Below are positions 9,473 to 19,616 of a stretch of DNA of 64,000 nt, in pieces. The notes beneath the pieces were generated by a model. That model was not told where the DNA came from and made no database searches. It saw only the letters and a list, made by a program, of their open reading frames with translations. A program made the position numbers and the translations under genes. The first letter of the stretch is position 1, and the number at the start of each line of letters is the position of its first letter. Origin of the DNA: Pirellulales bacterium (lineage in GTDB: Bacteria > Planctomycetota > Planctomycetia > Pirellulales > PALSA-1355); the NCBI GenBank assembly GCA_040877415.1, contig JBBDNV010000128.1, forward strand, positions 14,953-78,952, in the 5' to 3' direction.

Positions 9473-9655
9473 CGATCTGTCGTTTGTGCTAAACCGCATG
9501 CGCGGCGGTGAGCCGCGGCGTTTGCTCACGCCGGCGGCGCGTGTTGCTTGCTCCGGTGGGGCGGGGTACAGTCAAGGTTTCGGTTGTCACGAGCGGGAAA
9601 CTCCCGCGCCGAAGTGAATCTTGTTACCGATTTGCCCAGCCTCGCCGTACGCTCG

Positions 9656-11551
9656 ATGCCGCCCAGCCGTGCCGTTGGAATCGATTTGGGGACGACCCGC
9701 GCCGCCCTGGCTCGCATCGACGAGCCGGCCCGAAGCGCGATGATTCGCGACGCCCAGGGCGACCTGTTGATTCCCAGCGTCGTATTCTTCGAAGACGACG
9801 AGCTGGTTTGCGGCCGCGCCGCCAAACTGGCCGCGGTCGCGCGGCCGGACCGGGCGGCGGAGTTCTTCAAACGCGATTTGGGCCAGGCCGCGTACTCTCG
9901 GGCCATCGGCGGCGAGCTGCTGTCGGCCGAGCTGATCGAAGCCTGCCTGCTCAAAAAGCTCGAAGCCGAGTTGGCCGACCAGGGCATTGCAAAACCGGCC
10001 GTCGCGCTCTCCATGCCCGCCAGCTTCAATCAAGCACAGCGCCGGGCCCGGCTCGATGCCGCCAAGATCGCGCGCGTCGAGCTGTTGGGCACGATCAACG
10101 ACCCGCTGGCCGCGGCCCTGAGCTACGCCGAAAGCCAGGGCTATTTGCACCCATCGACGCCCGACAAGCCGGGCTGCCGCGTGCTGGTATTCGACCTGGG
10201 CGGCGGCAAGCTGGACGTGGCCATCGTGGAAATCAAGCCGGGCCGGCTGCGCACCATGGCCGTCGGCGGCAACGCGAAGCTGGGTGGCCGCGATTGGGAC
10301 CTCCGGCTCGCCGAACATCTGGCCGAGCAGTTTGCCAAGGAATTCGGCCAGGATCCGCGCCACGACATGACCAGCGTGCGGCGGCTGTTGGAAAGCGCCG
10401 AAGAAGCCAAACAATCGCTCTCGGCCCGGCAACAGGCGCGCGTGCAGGTCGAGCGCGGCAAGAGCGCGGCCGCCATCGTCGTCACGCGGCAGGCCTTCGA
10501 GGAGATGACCGCCGACTTGCTCGACGAGGCTGCCGCGATCACCGAAGGCATCGTGGCCCGGGCCGGAATGGCCTGGCGCGACGTGTCCGGGTTGCTGTTG
10601 GTCGGAGCCGCCACGCGGATGCCGATCGTGGCCAAACGGCTCGAAGAGCTGACCGGGCTGGTGCCGGCTGCCGCCGTCCATGCCGACGAAGCCGTGGCTC
10701 GCGGCGCGGCACTGTATGCCGAATGTCTGCTCGCGGCGCGCGAAGGCCGCCAAACGGACCTGCACGTGGCGATCACCGACCTGACGGTCCATAGCCTGGG
10801 CTTGGAGTGGAATGACCCGCGCACCGGACGCGTCGAAAACGTGGTCTTGATCGCGCGCGGCTCGGAGCTGCCGTGCGGCACCGTCGCCGCAGCCACGACC
10901 GACACGGCCGGCCAGTCGTCCCTGGTGATTCAACTCTTGGAGGGCGAAAGCCGCGCCGCCGACCAGTGCGCGCGAATCGCGCTGTTGACGGTCCGCGATC
11001 TGCCCGACGGGCTGCCCAAGGGAACTCAGATCGACGTGCACTATCAATTCACCGCCGAGGGCCGGCTGCAAGTGAGAGCCCGGCTGCCGCGGAGCGGACA
11101 ATCGCTGCCGATCAGCGTGCGGCGCGAACAGGGCTTGACCGAAAGCCAGATTTCCGATTGGCAACAGCTCATCGCGCGCGGCCAGGGGCTGCGGGCCATC
11201 CACGCGCTGTTGCCCGAGCACCGGCGACAGCGCGAGGCCCTGGCGGCGGCTCAGCCCCCTGGGCCGCGCGCGGCGAGCTCGGCCGGGCCGCCGGCCTTGC
11301 CGAACGAGACGCCCGCCGACGAGGAATTTACTCTGGAGACCGGCAGCGACGCGACCGCCCGGCGCCTGAAGAAACGCAGAATGACGCCGCGCCGATTGGC
11401 CATCATGCTCGGCGGATACGTCGTCTCCGCCTTGGTCGGCACGGCCATAGGCTACTATATATTGATGAGGATCGATCCCAGCTACAACTGGTGGCACCTG
11501 CGGCTGCCCGGGCTGCGCGACGCGCCGGCCTCGAGCGCCGACGTTCATTGA
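9656..11551 (+). CDS. Hsp70-family (DnaK-like) ATPase with a divergent C-terminal region and a C-terminal transmembrane anchor
   Basis: The ATG at 9656 gives MPPSRAVGIDLGTT (phosphate-1 motif). It also has DLGGGKLDVAIV (phosphate-2) and GAATRMPIV (adenosine motif). The C-terminal hydrophobic helix is LAIMLGGYVVSALVGTAIGYYILM. The track ORF start at 9548 is an upstream extension. Confidence 0.75.
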   Translation: MPPSRAVGIDLGTTRAALARIDEPARSAMIRDAQGDLLIPSVVFFEDDELVCGRAAKLAAVARPDRAAEFFKRDLGQAAYSRAIGGELLSAELIEACLLKKLEAELADQGIAKPAVALSMPASFNQAQRRARLDAAKIARVELLGTINDPLAAALSYAESQGYLHPSTPDKPGCRVLVFDLGGGKLDVAIVEIKPGRLRTMAVGGNAKLGGRDWDLRLAEHLAEQFAKEFGQDPRHDMTSVRRLLESAEEAKQSLSARQQARVQVERGKSAAAIVVTRQAFEEMTADLLDEAAAITEGIVARAGMAWRDVSGLLLVGAATRMPIVAKRLEELTGLVPAAAVHADEAVARGAALYAECLLAAREGRQTDLHVAITDLTVHSLGLEWNDPRTGRVENVVLIARGSELPCGTVAAATTDTAGQSSLVIQLLEGESRAADQCARIALLTVRDLPDGLPKGTQIDVHYQFTAEGRLQVRARLPRSGQSLPISVRREQGLTESQISDWQQLIARGQGLRAIHALLPEHRRQREALAAAQPPGPRAASSAGPPALPNETPADEEFTLETGSDATARRLKKRRMTPRRLAIMLGGYVVSALVGTAIGYYILMRIDPSYNWWHLRLPGLRDAPASSADVH

Positions 11552-11594
11552 CCCGCGCAAGCTCTCAAGCGCCAAGGCCCTTCGTTGGACCGAT

Positions 11595-13187
11595 ATGACG
11601 AACGAATCACCGCCCGCGGTCGGAATTGATCTGGGCACCACCTATACGGCCGTGGCGTATATCGACGATACGGGCAGGCCGATTACGCTGGTGAACGCCG
11701 AAGGCGACCTGGTGACGCCCAGCGCGGTATTGTTCGAGGGCGATACGGCGATCGTGGGCAAGGAGGCGCTCAAGGCGATTGCCACGGAAGCGGATCACGT
11801 GGCGCAATGCGCGAAGCGCGAGTTGGGCGAGCGGGCATTCCACAAAGTATTCGACGGCCGCCGCTTTCCGCCCGAGGCTCTGGAAGCGTTCATTCTCAAC
11901 AAGGTGCGTCAGGACGCCATCCGCCACATCGGCGACTTCCGCAAAGTGGTGATCACCGTGCCGGCCTATTTCGATGAAGTGCGCCGCAAGGCCACGCAAG
12001 ACGCGGGGCACATGGCCGGCTTCGAAGTGCTCGACATCATCAACGAGCCGACTGCCGCGGCCATTGCCCACGGCTTTTTGAAAGGATTTCTCAACCGCGA
12101 CGGCGCCGCCAACGAGCCGCGCAAGCTGCTGGTCTACGACCTGGGCGGCGGCACGTTCGACGTGACGGTGATGGAGATTCGCGGGCACGACTTTGCGGCC
12201 TTGGCCACCGACGGCGATGTGCAGCTCGGCGGCCAGGACTGGGATCAAAGGCTCGTGGACTACGTGGCCGAGGAGTTCAAGCTGACCTACAAGCTCGACC
12301 CGCGCGAGGAGTCCAATACGGCCGGCCGGCTGTGGCGCGAATGCGAAGACGCCAAGCGCACGCTGTCGGCCCGCAGCAAGGTGTCGATCAGTTGCGATTA
12401 CAGGAGCCAGGCGCTGCGCGTCGAGGTGACGCGCGAAAAATTCGAGGAAATCACCCAGGATCTGCTGGACCGCACGAGATTCACCACCAGGCAGACGCTG
12501 CAGGCGGCCGGGATGACCTGGTCCGATCTGGACTACGTGCTGATGGTCGGCGGCTCCACGCGCATGCCGATGGTTGCCCGAATGCTCCGCGAGCTGACGC
12601 GCAAGGAGCCCGATGCGTCGGTCTCGGTCGACGAAGCCGTGGCTCACGGCGCGGCGCTGCACGCCGCGATCATCCTGGCCCGCACGCGCGGCGAAACTCC
12701 CGTCCTGAACATCAAGAACGTCAATTCGCACAGCCTGGGCGTGGTGGCCAGCGATCCGCGCACCGATCGCCGCCGCAACGCCATCCTGATTCCGCGCAAC
12801 ACTACGCTGCCGGTGACCGCCAAGCGCGTGTTTCGCACGCAGAAGGCCAACCAGAAATCGATTCTCGTGCAGATCGTCGAAGGCGAGAGCGCCTCTCCCG
12901 AGGATTGCTCGCAAATCGGCAAGTGCGTGGTCCGCGATCTCCCGCCCGACCTGCCGGCCCAGACGCCGATCGAAGTCTGGTTCGAGTATCAGGAGAACGG
13001 CCGCTTGAACGTGCGCGTGATCGTCGCCGGCACGGGCCGCGAGCTCCAGCACGAGATCGCGCGCGAGAACAGCATGACGACCGAACAGCTCGACGCCTGG
13101 CGTCTGTTTATCGGCGGCCAGTCGATGATCAGCCACTCGCAACTTCAACCCGACGACGATGATCTGACGATCGTCGACGAGCTGTAG
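11595..13187 (+). CDS. Hsp70-family ATPase paralog (short, about 530 aa, lid-less)
   Basis: It carries VGIDLGTTYTAVAY, NEPTAAAIAHGF, YDLGGGTFDV and VGGSTRMPMV. It starts 43 nt after the previous Hsp70-like gene. Its antisense shadow is the 945-aa ORF 11607..14444. Confidence 0.8.
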   Translation: MTNESPPAVGIDLGTTYTAVAYIDDTGRPITLVNAEGDLVTPSAVLFEGDTAIVGKEALKAIATEADHVAQCAKRELGERAFHKVFDGRRFPPEALEAFILNKVRQDAIRHIGDFRKVVITVPAYFDEVRRKATQDAGHMAGFEVLDIINEPTAAAIAHGFLKGFLNRDGAANEPRKLLVYDLGGGTFDVTVMEIRGHDFAALATDGDVQLGGQDWDQRLVDYVAEEFKLTYKLDPREESNTAGRLWRECEDAKRTLSARSKVSISCDYRSQALRVEVTREKFEEITQDLLDRTRFTTRQTLQAAGMTWSDLDYVLMVGGSTRMPMVARMLRELTRKEPDASVSVDEAVAHGAALHAAIILARTRGETPVLNIKNVNSHSLGVVASDPRTDRRRNAILIPRNTTLPVTAKRVFRTQKANQKSILVQIVEGESASPEDCSQIGKCVVRDLPPDLPAQTPIEVWFEYQENGRLNVRVIVAGTGRELQHEIARENSMTTEQLDAWRLFIGGQSMISHSQLQPDDDDLTIVDEL

Positions 13188-13283
13188 GCGGGCCCACGGC
13201 ACCGGGCGCGATTGCACCTGCCGGCTGGGGCGATTTATACTAACCGGGTCGCTGCGTGCTCGTTCCGCCAGGGAATTCCCTCC

Positions 13284-16280
13284 ATGAAAATCTTTCCCCG
13301 CGGCACCGCGATCGCCGCATGGGGCTTTTGCGTGCTGGCGGCGTGGGCCGCGCCCGCTTGCGCCCAATTGCCGCCGGATAAAGAGCTGGCGACGCTGCGT
13401 GCCGCGCCCCAGTTCGAGGTCTCGCTGTTTGCGTCCGAGCCCCTGATCACCAACCCCGCGGCCATCGACGTCGATACGCAGGGCCGCTTGTGGGTGGCTG
13501 AAATCCAGTGGTATCGCGGAGCCGCCAAGAGCCTGCCCGCCGACAAGATCAAGGTGCTGGAAGATACCGACGGCGACGGCGTGGCCGACAAAGCCACCGT
13601 TTTTGCCGACGACGTTTTCGCCCCGATGAGCATTTGCGTGGCCGGCGAGCGGGTGTTCGTCGCCACGAGTCCCGACCTGTGGGTCTATGAAGACAAGAAT
13701 GGCGACCTGGTGGCCGACGGCCCGCCCCAAAAGCTGCTCACCGGCTTCGGCGGCAAGAACCACGATCACGGCGCGCACAGCCTCGTGCTCGGGCCCGACC
13801 ACAAGTGGTGGATGTCGCACGGCGACCGGGGCTTTGACGTCCGTGGCACCGACGGCTCGCGCATCAAGTATCAGTGGGGCGCCGTCGTGCGCGGCGAATT
13901 GGACGGCAGCCGGCTCGAAACCGTGGCGGTCAATTTCCGCAATCCGTACGAAGTCTGCGTCAGCTCGTTCGGCGAAGCATTCGTAAGCGACAACGACAAC
14001 GACGGCAACGAAAGCGTGCGCATCTGCTGGATTCTCGAAGGGGGCAACTACGGCTGGTTCGGCGGCCCGCCGTTTGGAAAGCAAGAACTCGACGATCAAC
14101 TCCCCGCCGATACGCCGTTCCGCCGGCATTGGCACTTCCGCGGCCACGTGCCGGGCTTCGTGCCGGCCACGCTGGTCACCGGCTTCGGCTCGCCCTCGGG
14201 CATATGCTTTTACGAGAGCGACGCCTTTGGGCCGAAGTACAAAAACGTTCCGCTGCACGCCGACGCCGGCCCGCGCGAATGTCGCGTCTATCGCCACGAG
14301 CCGGCCGGCTTCGGCATGAAAGCCACGAGCGAAATATTCCTCGGCAACCAGGGGGACGATTACTTTCGACCCGACGACGTTTGCGCGGCGCCCGACGGAC
14401 GGCTGTACGTCGCCGACTGGTACGACGGCGGAGTCGGCGGACACGCTTACAACAATCCCGACCAGGGCCGCATCTTCGTGCTTGCGCCCAAGGGGAAAAA
14501 ACTTTCACGCCGCGAAAAACCGGGGCCGTACGCAAGCATCGCCGATGCCGTCGAAGGCCTCAAAAGCCCCAACCTGGCCACGCAATATCTCGCCCGCGAG
14601 CGGCTGCTGGCCGAAGGTCCTGCGAGCGTGCCGGCACTCGGCGAATTGTTGGCCGGCCCCGAACCGAACCATCGGGCCCGGGCCTTGTGGCTGCTGGACC
14701 GCATCGGGGACGGCGCGCGCGAATCGGTCGAGAGGCAACTAAAATCTCCGGAACCGGCGTTTCGCGCATTGGCGGTGCGCATCTTGCGCCGACACGGAAA
14801 CCAGCACGGCGATGCAATCCTGGCACTGGCCGGTGACTCGTCAGACGAAGTGCGCCGCGAAGTACTGTTGGCCACGCGCTGGCTCGACGGCGAGAAGGCC
14901 GAAGCGGCGCTGGCCCAATTCGCCGCCGACTACGACGGGACCGACCGTTATCTGCTGGAAGCCGTCAACATTGCCGCGGGCGATCGCCGCGAAGCGCTCC
15001 TGGCCCGATTGGAAGCACAAGGCCCGCTGTCGATCGAGCAATTTCCGCTGTTGCAACTGCTCAGTCCTAAGCGGGCGGCCGCCCAACTGGTCGATCGGCT
15101 CCGAGCGGACCATCTCGACGAAAAGACGGCCCGCGCGCTCATCGAAACCGCGGTGAACATTCCGGCGCCCGAGGTCGGCTGGGGTCTGTTGAAGCTGGCC
15201 GAGAATCGGGAACTTTCGGCCGCGCTGCGCCGCGCGGCGCTCGGCAAGGTGGCCGCGGGCGCCAGCCGCGGCGGCGTTTGGGGAGCCATGTCGCGCGATC
15301 CAAAGCTCACGGCCGCGCTAGGTGCCCTATTGGCCGACGACGAGCTGCGCACCACGGCATTGGCAGCCGTGGACGCGCTGCGATTGCGGAAGCTCTGCGA
15401 CAACGTGCTGGCGATCGCGCGCTCGGCCAATCTCGACCCGGCCCAGCGCGAACAAGCCATCGACGTGGCCGCGAACCTCAAGCCCTCGGGCATCGCGCCG
15501 GCCTTGCGCGAGCTTTTGTCCGATCCCGAGCCGGCGGTTTCCGGCGCCGCCTTGCGACGGCTGGTCGATTTGCAAGACATCAAGAGCTTGCGCGAAATAC
15601 TGGCAAGCGACAAATTCTCCGCCGACGCGCGCCGGCGAGCCGTTGACCAGGCCGTCGAAACCACGGCCGGAGCGATCCTGCTCGTGCGGCTGATCGACGA
15701 AGACCGCCTTTCGGACGAATTGAAACGAGCCGTGTTGACCAAGGCCGCCTCGCACGCCGATTCGAACGTCCGCGGGCTGTACGAAAAATTCATCCCCGAA
15801 GACCAGCGGTCGAAGAAACTGGGCAGCGCCATTTCGGCCGACGAGATCCTGGCCCTTGCGGGCGACGCGAACCGCGGGCGGCTGATCTTCTACCAGAGCT
15901 CGGCTGCGGGGTGCCAGCAGTGTCACGCCGTGCAGGGGTTCGGCGGAACGACCGGGCCCGAGCTATCGAATATCGGCAAGAAGTACGAACGAGGGGCGCT
16001 GTTGGAGACCATTCTCGATCCGTCCAAGGCCATCGCCCCGGAATACATACCGTACTTGCTCGAAACGAAAGGCGGCCAGGTGTACGCCGGCTTTCTGGTG
16101 GAGCGCCGGGACGACCGGGTCGTGCTGCGGGACGTCAAGAACAAGACCTGGCGCGTGGCGACCGACGAGGTCGAAGCCCTCGTTGGGCAGCAAAAATCGC
16201 TGATGCCGGAGTTGATATTAAGCGAAGTGACAGCACAGGACGCGGCAGACCTCTTGGCATTTCTCGCAAGCCTCAAGTAA
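13284..16280 (+). CDS. PVC-type membrane-bound dehydrogenase domain / HEAT repeat / c-type cytochrome (CxxCH) protein
   Basis: The ATG at 13284 gives the signal peptide MKIFPRGTAIAAWGFCVLAAWAAPACA. A beta-propeller-like N-terminus (LWVAEIQWY, DTDGDGVADK) is followed by HEAT-like repeats. The C-terminal heme motif is CQQCHAVQGFGGTTGPEL. Confidence 0.8.
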   Translation: MKIFPRGTAIAAWGFCVLAAWAAPACAQLPPDKELATLRAAPQFEVSLFASEPLITNPAAIDVDTQGRLWVAEIQWYRGAAKSLPADKIKVLEDTDGDGVADKATVFADDVFAPMSICVAGERVFVATSPDLWVYEDKNGDLVADGPPQKLLTGFGGKNHDHGAHSLVLGPDHKWWMSHGDRGFDVRGTDGSRIKYQWGAVVRGELDGSRLETVAVNFRNPYEVCVSSFGEAFVSDNDNDGNESVRICWILEGGNYGWFGGPPFGKQELDDQLPADTPFRRHWHFRGHVPGFVPATLVTGFGSPSGICFYESDAFGPKYKNVPLHADAGPRECRVYRHEPAGFGMKATSEIFLGNQGDDYFRPDDVCAAPDGRLYVADWYDGGVGGHAYNNPDQGRIFVLAPKGKKLSRREKPGPYASIADAVEGLKSPNLATQYLARERLLAEGPASVPALGELLAGPEPNHRARALWLLDRIGDGARESVERQLKSPEPAFRALAVRILRRHGNQHGDAILALAGDSSDEVRREVLLATRWLDGEKAEAALAQFAADYDGTDRYLLEAVNIAAGDRREALLARLEAQGPLSIEQFPLLQLLSPKRAAAQLVDRLRADHLDEKTARALIETAVNIPAPEVGWGLLKLAENRELSAALRRAALGKVAAGASRGGVWGAMSRDPKLTAALGALLADDELRTTALAAVDALRLRKLCDNVLAIARSANLDPAQREQAIDVAANLKPSGIAPALRELLSDPEPAVSGAALRRLVDLQDIKSLREILASDKFSADARRRAVDQAVETTAGAILLVRLIDEDRLSDELKRAVLTKAASHADSNVRGLYEKFIPEDQRSKKLGSAISADEILALAGDANRGRLIFYQSSAAGCQQCHAVQGFGGTTGPELSNIGKKYERGALLETILDPSKAIAPEYIPYLLETKGGQVYAGFLVERRDDRVVLRDVKNKTWRVATDEVEALVGQQKSLMPELILSEVTAQDAADLLAFLASLK

Positions 16281-16321
16281 ACTTCCCACCCGAGGCCCTC
16301 CTGTTCCAAGGTAACCCGATC

Positions 16322-19300
16322 GTGCAAACGCGGAAGCGAACAATTCGGCACGTCGTCCGAATCGGCCTGTTGCTTTTGGCGCTGGGCCCCGGCGTGCTCC
16401 CCGCCCAGCCGGCCTCGGCTCAAGCACTGACGCCCGAAGAAGCGCTCAAGCGCTTCAAGCTGGCCGACGGCTTCGACGTCGAGCTCTACGCCAGCGAGCC
16501 GCTGGTGCGGCAGCCGGTGACTATGACGTTCGACGATCGCGGGCGGATGTGGGTGATCCAGTATCTTCAGTATCCCAATCCCGCGGGGCTCAAGCCCCTC
16601 GAGGTCGACCGCTACCTGCGCACCAAGTACGATCGCGTGCCCGCGCCGCCGCCGCTGGGGCCGAAAGGGAACGACAAGATCACGATCCTGGAAGACACCA
16701 ATGGCGACGGCCGCGTCGACCGGGTTAAGGATTTTGTCACCGGACTGAACCTGGCTTCCGCCCTGGCGCTGGGGAACGGCGGAGTCTACGTCGGCCAGGC
16801 GCCCTATTTGTTGTTCTACCCCGATCGCAACGGCGACGACGTGCCCGACGGCGACCCGCAGGTGGTGCTCGATGGTTTTGGCATGGAAGACGCCCACGCG
16901 GTGATCAACTCGATCCAGTGGGGACCCGACGGCTGGCTGTACGGCGCGCAGGGCAGCACGGTGACGGCCGACGTCCGCGGCATCGGCTTTCAGCAGGGCA
17001 TTTGGCGCTATCATCCCCGCACGAAGCGTTTTGAATTGTTTTCCGAGGGGGGCGGCAACACCTGGGGCCTCGATTTCGACCGCCACGGAAACGCCATTGC
17101 CGGCACGAACTACTCGAATGCGGTTTGCCTGCACCAGGTCCAAGGCGGCTACTACGTCAAAGGATTTTCCAAGCACGGTCCGCTGCACAATCCGTACACG
17201 TTCGGCTACTTCGAGCACGTCACGCACCAGGGGCACAACGGCGGGCACGTCACCTGCGGCGGCATCGTCTATCAGGGCGGAGACTGGCCCGAAGAGTTCA
17301 CTGGCGCCTACATCGGCGCGAACCTGCTTTCGAACGCCGTTTACTTTAGCGCGCTGGAGCCGGCGGGTTCCACGTTCAGGACGCGCTACGTCGGCACGCT
17401 GCTGGAGACCGACGACGTCTGGTTCCGCCCGATCGATTGCCTCTGGGGCCCCGACGGCTCGGTGTTCGTCGCCGATTGGTACGACAAGCGGGCCAATCAC
17501 GTGATTCCCGAAGACACGTGGGACAAGACCAACGGCCGGATCTGGAAGATCGTCAAGCGCGGCACGCGGCGGGCCGAACCACTGGCCCTCTCCAAGCTTC
17601 CCAGCGACGAGCTGGTGGATTTGCTCGAGCACGCGAACGCCTGGTATCGGCGCGAGGCGCGGCGCATCTTGTCCGAAAGGCGCGACCTGACGGTGTTGCC
17701 GCGGCTGCGAAGGATGATTGCCACCGGCCGCGAAGCCGTGGCGCTCGAGGCCTTGTGGGCCCTCTATGCGAGCGGCGGCTGGGACGAGGAAACATCGCTG
17801 AGCCTGTTGGATCACGCCAGCGCCGACGTACGCGCCTGGAGCGTGCGCTTCATCGGCGACGACATGCCGCCGCTCGCGCCGGAGCTGCGAAAACGGCTCG
17901 TGCAAATGGCGGAAAAAGAAACCAGCCTTCAGGTGCGCAGCCAACTGGCCTCGACCGCGAAGCGGCTGCGCGCAGCCGACGGGCTGGCCATCGTCGAGAA
18001 ATTCCTGCGCCGCGCCCAAGACAACTCCGACCCCCACATTCCGCTCTTGGTGTGGTGGGCCATCGAGGACAAGGCGATTTCCGACTCCGATCGCGTTTTG
18101 AAAATCCTCGCCGACCCCCAGATCTGGCTGCTGCCGCTGGTTGAGAACACGATCGCCCCGCGGCTCGCGCGGCGCTACCTGGCCGAAGAAACGGACGCCA
18201 GCTTCAGCGCGTGCGCGCGGCTGTTGTCACTGGCCCCGCGCAGCGAAGACGTGCTGCGGCTCATCGCGGCCATGGACCAGGATTTTTCCGGCCGGCCGTT
18301 CGACGAGGTGCCGGCGCCGCTCGCCTCCCTGCTCGCGCGGCTCTGGGAAAGCGCCGATTCGGATCCGATCGTCACCCGGTTCGCCATGCGCATGGGAAAC
18401 CGCGCGGCATACCAGCGGGCGGTCGAGCGCATGATCGACCGCAACGAGCCGCTTAAAGCGCGGCTGGCGCTGGTGTCCGCCGTCGGCCAGGCCGCGCGGG
18501 CCGATGCGCTGCCGCGGTTGCTCAAACTGCTCGACGAGTCGTCATCCAAGGGCGACGCGGTGCGCATGGCGGCGCTGGCGGCGCTCGAACATTATCCGTC
18601 CCAATCGATCGCCCGCGAAGTGCTGGACCGCTACGGGCAGTTCACTCCCGAGCTGCGCAGCCGCGCGATCGGGCTTTTGGCGAGCCGCGCAACGTGGTCA
18701 CAGGCCCTGGTCGAGGAGGTCGCCGCCGGCAAGATCGAAGCGGCCGACGTTTCGGTCGATCAGCTTCGCCAGATGCTGGCGCTGGGCGATCCGGCGCTCG
18801 ATCGATCGATCGAAGCCCGCTGGGGCAAGGTTCGCCCCACCACCCCCGGCGAGAAAATGTCGTACGTCCCGGTGCTCGGCCGCGTGCTGAGCGCGGGACA
18901 GGGCGATCTGGATAGCGGCCACAAGCTGTACATGAAGCATTGCGGCACCTGCCACACGCTGCACGGCGAGGGAATCAAGATCGGGCCCGACCTGACCACC
19001 GCCGACCGCAAGAATCGCGACGCCCTGCTGCTCAGCATTCTCGATCCCAGCGGCTATATCCGCCCCGAGTTCGTCTCGCAAACCGCGCTGTTGAACGACG
19101 GCCGCCTGCTCACGGGGCTCGTGACCGAGTCGAGCCCCCGCGAGATCACGATTGTGGACGCCAAACAGCAGAAGACCACGCTTGCCCGCGACGAGATCGA
19201 CCAGATTCATCCATCGACCACGTCGCTGATGCCGGAGCGTCTGTTGGAAACGCTTGCAGAACAGGAGCTGCGCGACCTGTTCAGCTATCTGCAATCCGAC

Positions 19301-19333
19301 GCCCCGCAGATCCGCTCCGCGGCGAAGCCATAG
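16322..19333 (+). CDS. Second PVC-type membrane-bound dehydrogenase domain / HEAT / c-type cytochrome paralog
   Basis: An in-frame GTG at 16322 gives MQTRKRTIRHVVRIGLLLLALGPGVLPAQPASAQA (signal peptide). The track ORF start at 15911 overlaps the upstream gene. The architecture matches the upstream gene (RMWVIQYLQY, DTNGDGRVDR, HEAT repeats, CGTCHTLHGEG). Confidence 0.8.
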   Translation: MQTRKRTIRHVVRIGLLLLALGPGVLPAQPASAQALTPEEALKRFKLADGFDVELYASEPLVRQPVTMTFDDRGRMWVIQYLQYPNPAGLKPLEVDRYLRTKYDRVPAPPPLGPKGNDKITILEDTNGDGRVDRVKDFVTGLNLASALALGNGGVYVGQAPYLLFYPDRNGDDVPDGDPQVVLDGFGMEDAHAVINSIQWGPDGWLYGAQGSTVTADVRGIGFQQGIWRYHPRTKRFELFSEGGGNTWGLDFDRHGNAIAGTNYSNAVCLHQVQGGYYVKGFSKHGPLHNPYTFGYFEHVTHQGHNGGHVTCGGIVYQGGDWPEEFTGAYIGANLLSNAVYFSALEPAGSTFRTRYVGTLLETDDVWFRPIDCLWGPDGSVFVADWYDKRANHVIPEDTWDKTNGRIWKIVKRGTRRAEPLALSKLPSDELVDLLEHANAWYRREARRILSERRDLTVLPRLRRMIATGREAVALEALWALYASGGWDEETSLSLLDHASADVRAWSVRFIGDDMPPLAPELRKRLVQMAEKETSLQVRSQLASTAKRLRAADGLAIVEKFLRRAQDNSDPHIPLLVWWAIEDKAISDSDRVLKILADPQIWLLPLVENTIAPRLARRYLAEETDASFSACARLLSLAPRSEDVLRLIAAMDQDFSGRPFDEVPAPLASLLARLWESADSDPIVTRFAMRMGNRAAYQRAVERMIDRNEPLKARLALVSAVGQAARADALPRLLKLLDESSSKGDAVRMAALAALEHYPSQSIAREVLDRYGQFTPELRSRAIGLLASRATWSQALVEEVAAGKIEAADVSVDQLRQMLALGDPALDRSIEARWGKVRPTTPGEKMSYVPVLGRVLSAGQGDLDSGHKLYMKHCGTCHTLHGEGIKIGPDLTTADRKNRDALLLSILDPSGYIRPEFVSQTALLNDGRLLTGLVTESSPREITIVDAKQQKTTLARDEIDQIHPSTTSLMPERLLETLAEQELRDLFSYLQSDAPQIRSAAKP

Positions 19334-19438
19334 CTTTCGCGACGGGTCACGTTTCCCCCGGACCCACGCGTAGTTTCCCCAGGGCACTTCCGTCTGGTTC
19401 AGGCCGGCGGATGCCGCTCAATCATGGGAGTTCCGGCG

Positions 19439-19460
19439 GTTCAAATCCAGTTGCCCCGAC
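19439..19460. repeat. Direct repeat copy A (GTTCAAATCCAGTTGCCCCGAC) with a tRNA T-loop-like core; left boundary of the low-GC islet
   Basis: It shares GTTCAAATCCAGT with copy B and TCCAGTyGCCyCGACTyT with copy C. It cannot be folded into a full tRNA. Confidence 0.4.
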
Positions 19461-19616
19461 TTTTGGCCGCGACAGCGGCCAAAAATAGAGCAGGAGAGCT
19501 GTAGAGAGGAGAAAGGAGAGCCAAAAGACGAAGAACGTGCGGTCAACCGTTGAAGCACGGCAGGCCCCTCCTGCGGTCTCCTTTCTACTCTCTACTCTCT
19601 CGTCTTTAGGCACCCG

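Noticed and set aside
9508-10794. 428-aa extremely Arg-rich plus-strand ORF
   Set aside because: It overlaps the Hsp70-like gene in another frame. Its low-complexity RRRR composition is not a real protein.
11607-14444. 945-aa minus-strand ORF
   Set aside because: It is antisense to the Hsp70-like and dehydrogenase genes. It has no domain signatures and an Arg/Ala/Gly-biased composition.
15923-18037. 704-aa minus-strand ORF
   Set aside because: It is antisense to the second dehydrogenase/cytochrome-c gene and is a GC artefact.
19430-19460. Possible tRNA gene or tRNA 3' half (GGTTCAAATCC T-loop-like sequence)
   Set aside because: With TTCAAAT as the T-loop, only 2-3 of 5 T-stem pairs form. 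No acceptor or anticodon arms could be built on either strand for copies A, B or C. They are kept only as tRNA-like direct repeats.
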